From Pseudomonadota bacterium (GTDB lineage Bacteria > Pseudomonadota > Gammaproteobacteria > Burkholderiales > Burkholderiaceae_C): a stretch of DNA of 51,350 nucleotides. Below are positions 49,665-51,350 of this stretch, in pieces. A model generated the notes under the pieces. It had not been told where the DNA came from, did not search any database, and saw only the letters and a list, made by a program, of their open reading frames with translations. Location of the stretch: assembly GCA_041191485.1 (NCBI GenBank), contig JBEEOS010000001.1:1-51350 (forward strand), written 5' to 3'. Every line of letters begins with the position of its first letter. The first letter of the stretch is position 1. The translations under genes and the position numbers were made by a program.

Positions 49665-50303
49665 ATGAAGAAAACCACCACAGCCGTGATCACCTCAGCC
49701 CTGCTGGCAAGCGTGGTGCTGTCAGGTTGCGAAACGATGAGCACTCAGCAAAAAGGCGTGGGTGGCGGTGCTGCTATTGGCGCCATTGCCGGTCAGGTGA
49801 TTGGGCGAGACAGCAAGTCCACCGCCATTGGCGCTGCTCTGGGGGCATTGGGCGGTTATGTCTGGTCGCGCCAGATGGAAGACAAAAAGCGTCAGATGGA
49901 AGCGGCCACAGCGGGAACGGGCACGCAAGTGAGCCAGACAGCCGACAACCAGCTCAAACTGAGCATTCCCAACGACATTTCATTTGCCACGGGCAAGTCT
50001 GACATTCAGCCACGCCTCAAGCCCATCCTGGACCAGTTTGCGCAAGGCGTGAACCAGCAGGCTTCGATGGAAGTGAAGATCGTGGGGCACACTGACAGCA
50101 CCGGTAGCGATGCGATCAACCAGCCCTTGTCGGTGCGACGTGCAGAAAGCGCACGAGACTACCTGGTCGCGCGTGGTGTGGCCGCCAGCCGCATCAGCAC
50201 GGAAGGGCGTGGCTCGCGCGAGCCGATTGCCGACAACGCCACCGAGGCAGGCCGTGCCCGTAACCGCCGAATCGATATTTACCTGGCAGAACGTGCCCGC
50301 TGA
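49665..50303 (+). CDS. OmpA family lipoprotein with glycine zipper (YiaD-like)
   Basis: RBS AGGAGG; lipobox LSGC; glycine zipper; GHTDSTG, LSVRRAESA and RNRRIDI motifs. Confidence 0.93.
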   Translation: MKKTTTAVITSALLASVVLSGCETMSTQQKGVGGGAAIGAIAGQVIGRDSKSTAIGAALGALGGYVWSRQMEDKKRQMEAATAGTGTQVSQTADNQLKLSIPNDISFATGKSDIQPRLKPILDQFAQGVNQQASMEVKIVGHTDSTGSDAINQPLSVRRAESARDYLVARGVAASRISTEGRGSREPIADNATEAGRARNRRIDIYLAERAR

Positions 50304-50309
50304 TCGGGT

Positions 50310-50822
50310 TCAGAGGTAAATCTTTTGTAGCAGCTCCAGCAGCGTTTTGCGCTGGGCTGCTGTCAGGCGGGATGACTTTTCAATTTCAAGTTCAGTGGCA
50401 GCCTGCTCAGCCTGGGTCATCAATGACCTGCCTTGTGCCGTGGGGTGTAGACCCATGGCGCGGCCATCGGTAGGGTGAGGGTGGCGCTCGATCAGGCCAC
50501 GCGCCTCCAGCGACTGCACCAGCCCCACAAGATTGGGCGGCAGTAGATTCAGGGCCGTACACAACTGGCGGGAGGTCACCCCGGGGTTGTGGTGAATGAC
50601 CGACATGACTGAAAAATCCACGGGCCGCAAACCAAACTCGGCCATGCGCTCCAAAAAACCTTCAATGATGGTCAGGGCAGCGCGTCGCGCGTTGTAGCCC
50701 AGCAGGGTTTGCAGGTAGCGAGTGTCTATTTGCTCCACGGCATTCACATGAGGCAAGGCATCGCCCACCGGCTTGCTGCGTTGGGTGGGGCGCTTGAAAC
50801 TGGGTTGAGCCGTGTTGACCAT
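50310..50822 (-). CDS. MarR family transcriptional regulator
   Basis: LLGYNARRA, LEARGLIER.P..DGRA..L..T..G winged-helix pattern. Confidence 0.9.
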   Translation of the reverse strand: MVNTAQPSFKRPTQRSKPVGDALPHVNAVEQIDTRYLQTLLGYNARRAALTIIEGFLERMAEFGLRPVDFSVMSVIHHNPGVTSRQLCTALNLLPPNLVGLVQSLEARGLIERHPHPTDGRAMGLHPTAQGRSLMTQAEQAATELEIEKSSRLTAAQRKTLLELLQKIYL

Positions 50823-50831
50823 GGTCGCGGA

Positions 50832-51350
50832 TTATGCCGTGGGCAATGTGCATTGCTGCACCATGATGAAGGTGCGCATCTGGAATTCGGGCAACACCCA
50901 CTGGCGCAGTGCCTTGGCCGGCGCTTGCCAGCGTGTGGTGGCGTTTGGCGTGCTGTCATCCACCCTGGATTCGATGCGCAGCCAGGCCCAGTCCAGCAGC
51001 ACCAGCGCGCAGGCGCGCAAGTAGTCGTCAGCCACCCTAAAGGGCAGCTGGGCGTCCTTGGGTGCGGCGTCGATGATTTGCTGGGTGACGGCACGCAAGG
51101 TGCCAATGCGGGCCACGCTGGCCGTGCGGGTGGGGGCGTTGGCGGGCAGGTCGGCTTGAACAAAGTCGAGCAGTGCGTTCATGCCCTGGCCGCTATCGGC
51201 CAGGATCTTGCGCACCAGCAAATCGATCGCCTGGATCTCGTTGGTGCCTTCGTAGATCATGGCCACGCGGGCATCGCGGATGTGTTGCTCAATGCCCCAC
51301 TCGCGCACATAGCCGTGGCCACCAAAGACCTGCAGGCAGTCGCTGCCGCC
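50832..51350 (-). CDS. acyl-CoA dehydrogenase, C-terminal part (5' end beyond the window)
   Basis: CLQVFGGHGYVREWGIEQHIRDARVAMIYEGTNEIQAIDL motif. Confidence 0.9.
   Translation of the reverse strand, partial: GGSDCLQVFGGHGYVREWGIEQHIRDARVAMIYEGTNEIQAIDLLVRKILADSGQGMNALLDFVQADLPANAPTRTASVARIGTLRAVTQQIIDAAPKDAQLPFRVADDYLRACALVLLDWAWLRIESRVDDSTPNATTRWQAPAKALRQWVLPEFQMRTFIMVQQCTLPTA

Overview
GC-rich betaproteobacterial chromosome segment; gene content and order look Comamonadaceae-like (inference). It is almost entirely compact housekeeping and metabolic DNA. In order: argG (partial)-ppnP; folC-dedD-cvpA-purF-metZ-gltX; a tRNA-Ala/Glu/Asp operon; a frameshifted, internally deleted MobA/phenol-hydroxylase-family monooxygenase; thiolase, SDR, RluA, c-type cytochrome and dusC genes; mltB, a deacetylase and mscS; a TRAP transporter divergent from etfBA-acyl-CoA dehydrogenase (with LiuR- and FadP-like boxes); a four-gene cyanophycin locus; eptA; a beta-CASP nuclease; grpE-dnaK-dnaJ; FKBP; a divergent DapB-like reductase; OmpA; MarR. 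I saw no IS, integrase, prophage or CRISPR array. The most interesting element is the cyanophycin locus (33596-41241). Two synthetase paralogues have complementary intact and degenerate active sites: one keeps only the Cx19HxxEH primer-generating hydrolase motif, the other keeps the ligase motifs. They are transcribed divergently from an ABC exporter with a PH-like/zinc-ribbon N-terminal extension plus a DUF1854-like protein, and no cyanophycinase is nearby. All family assignments come from motif recognition by eye, not from database searches.
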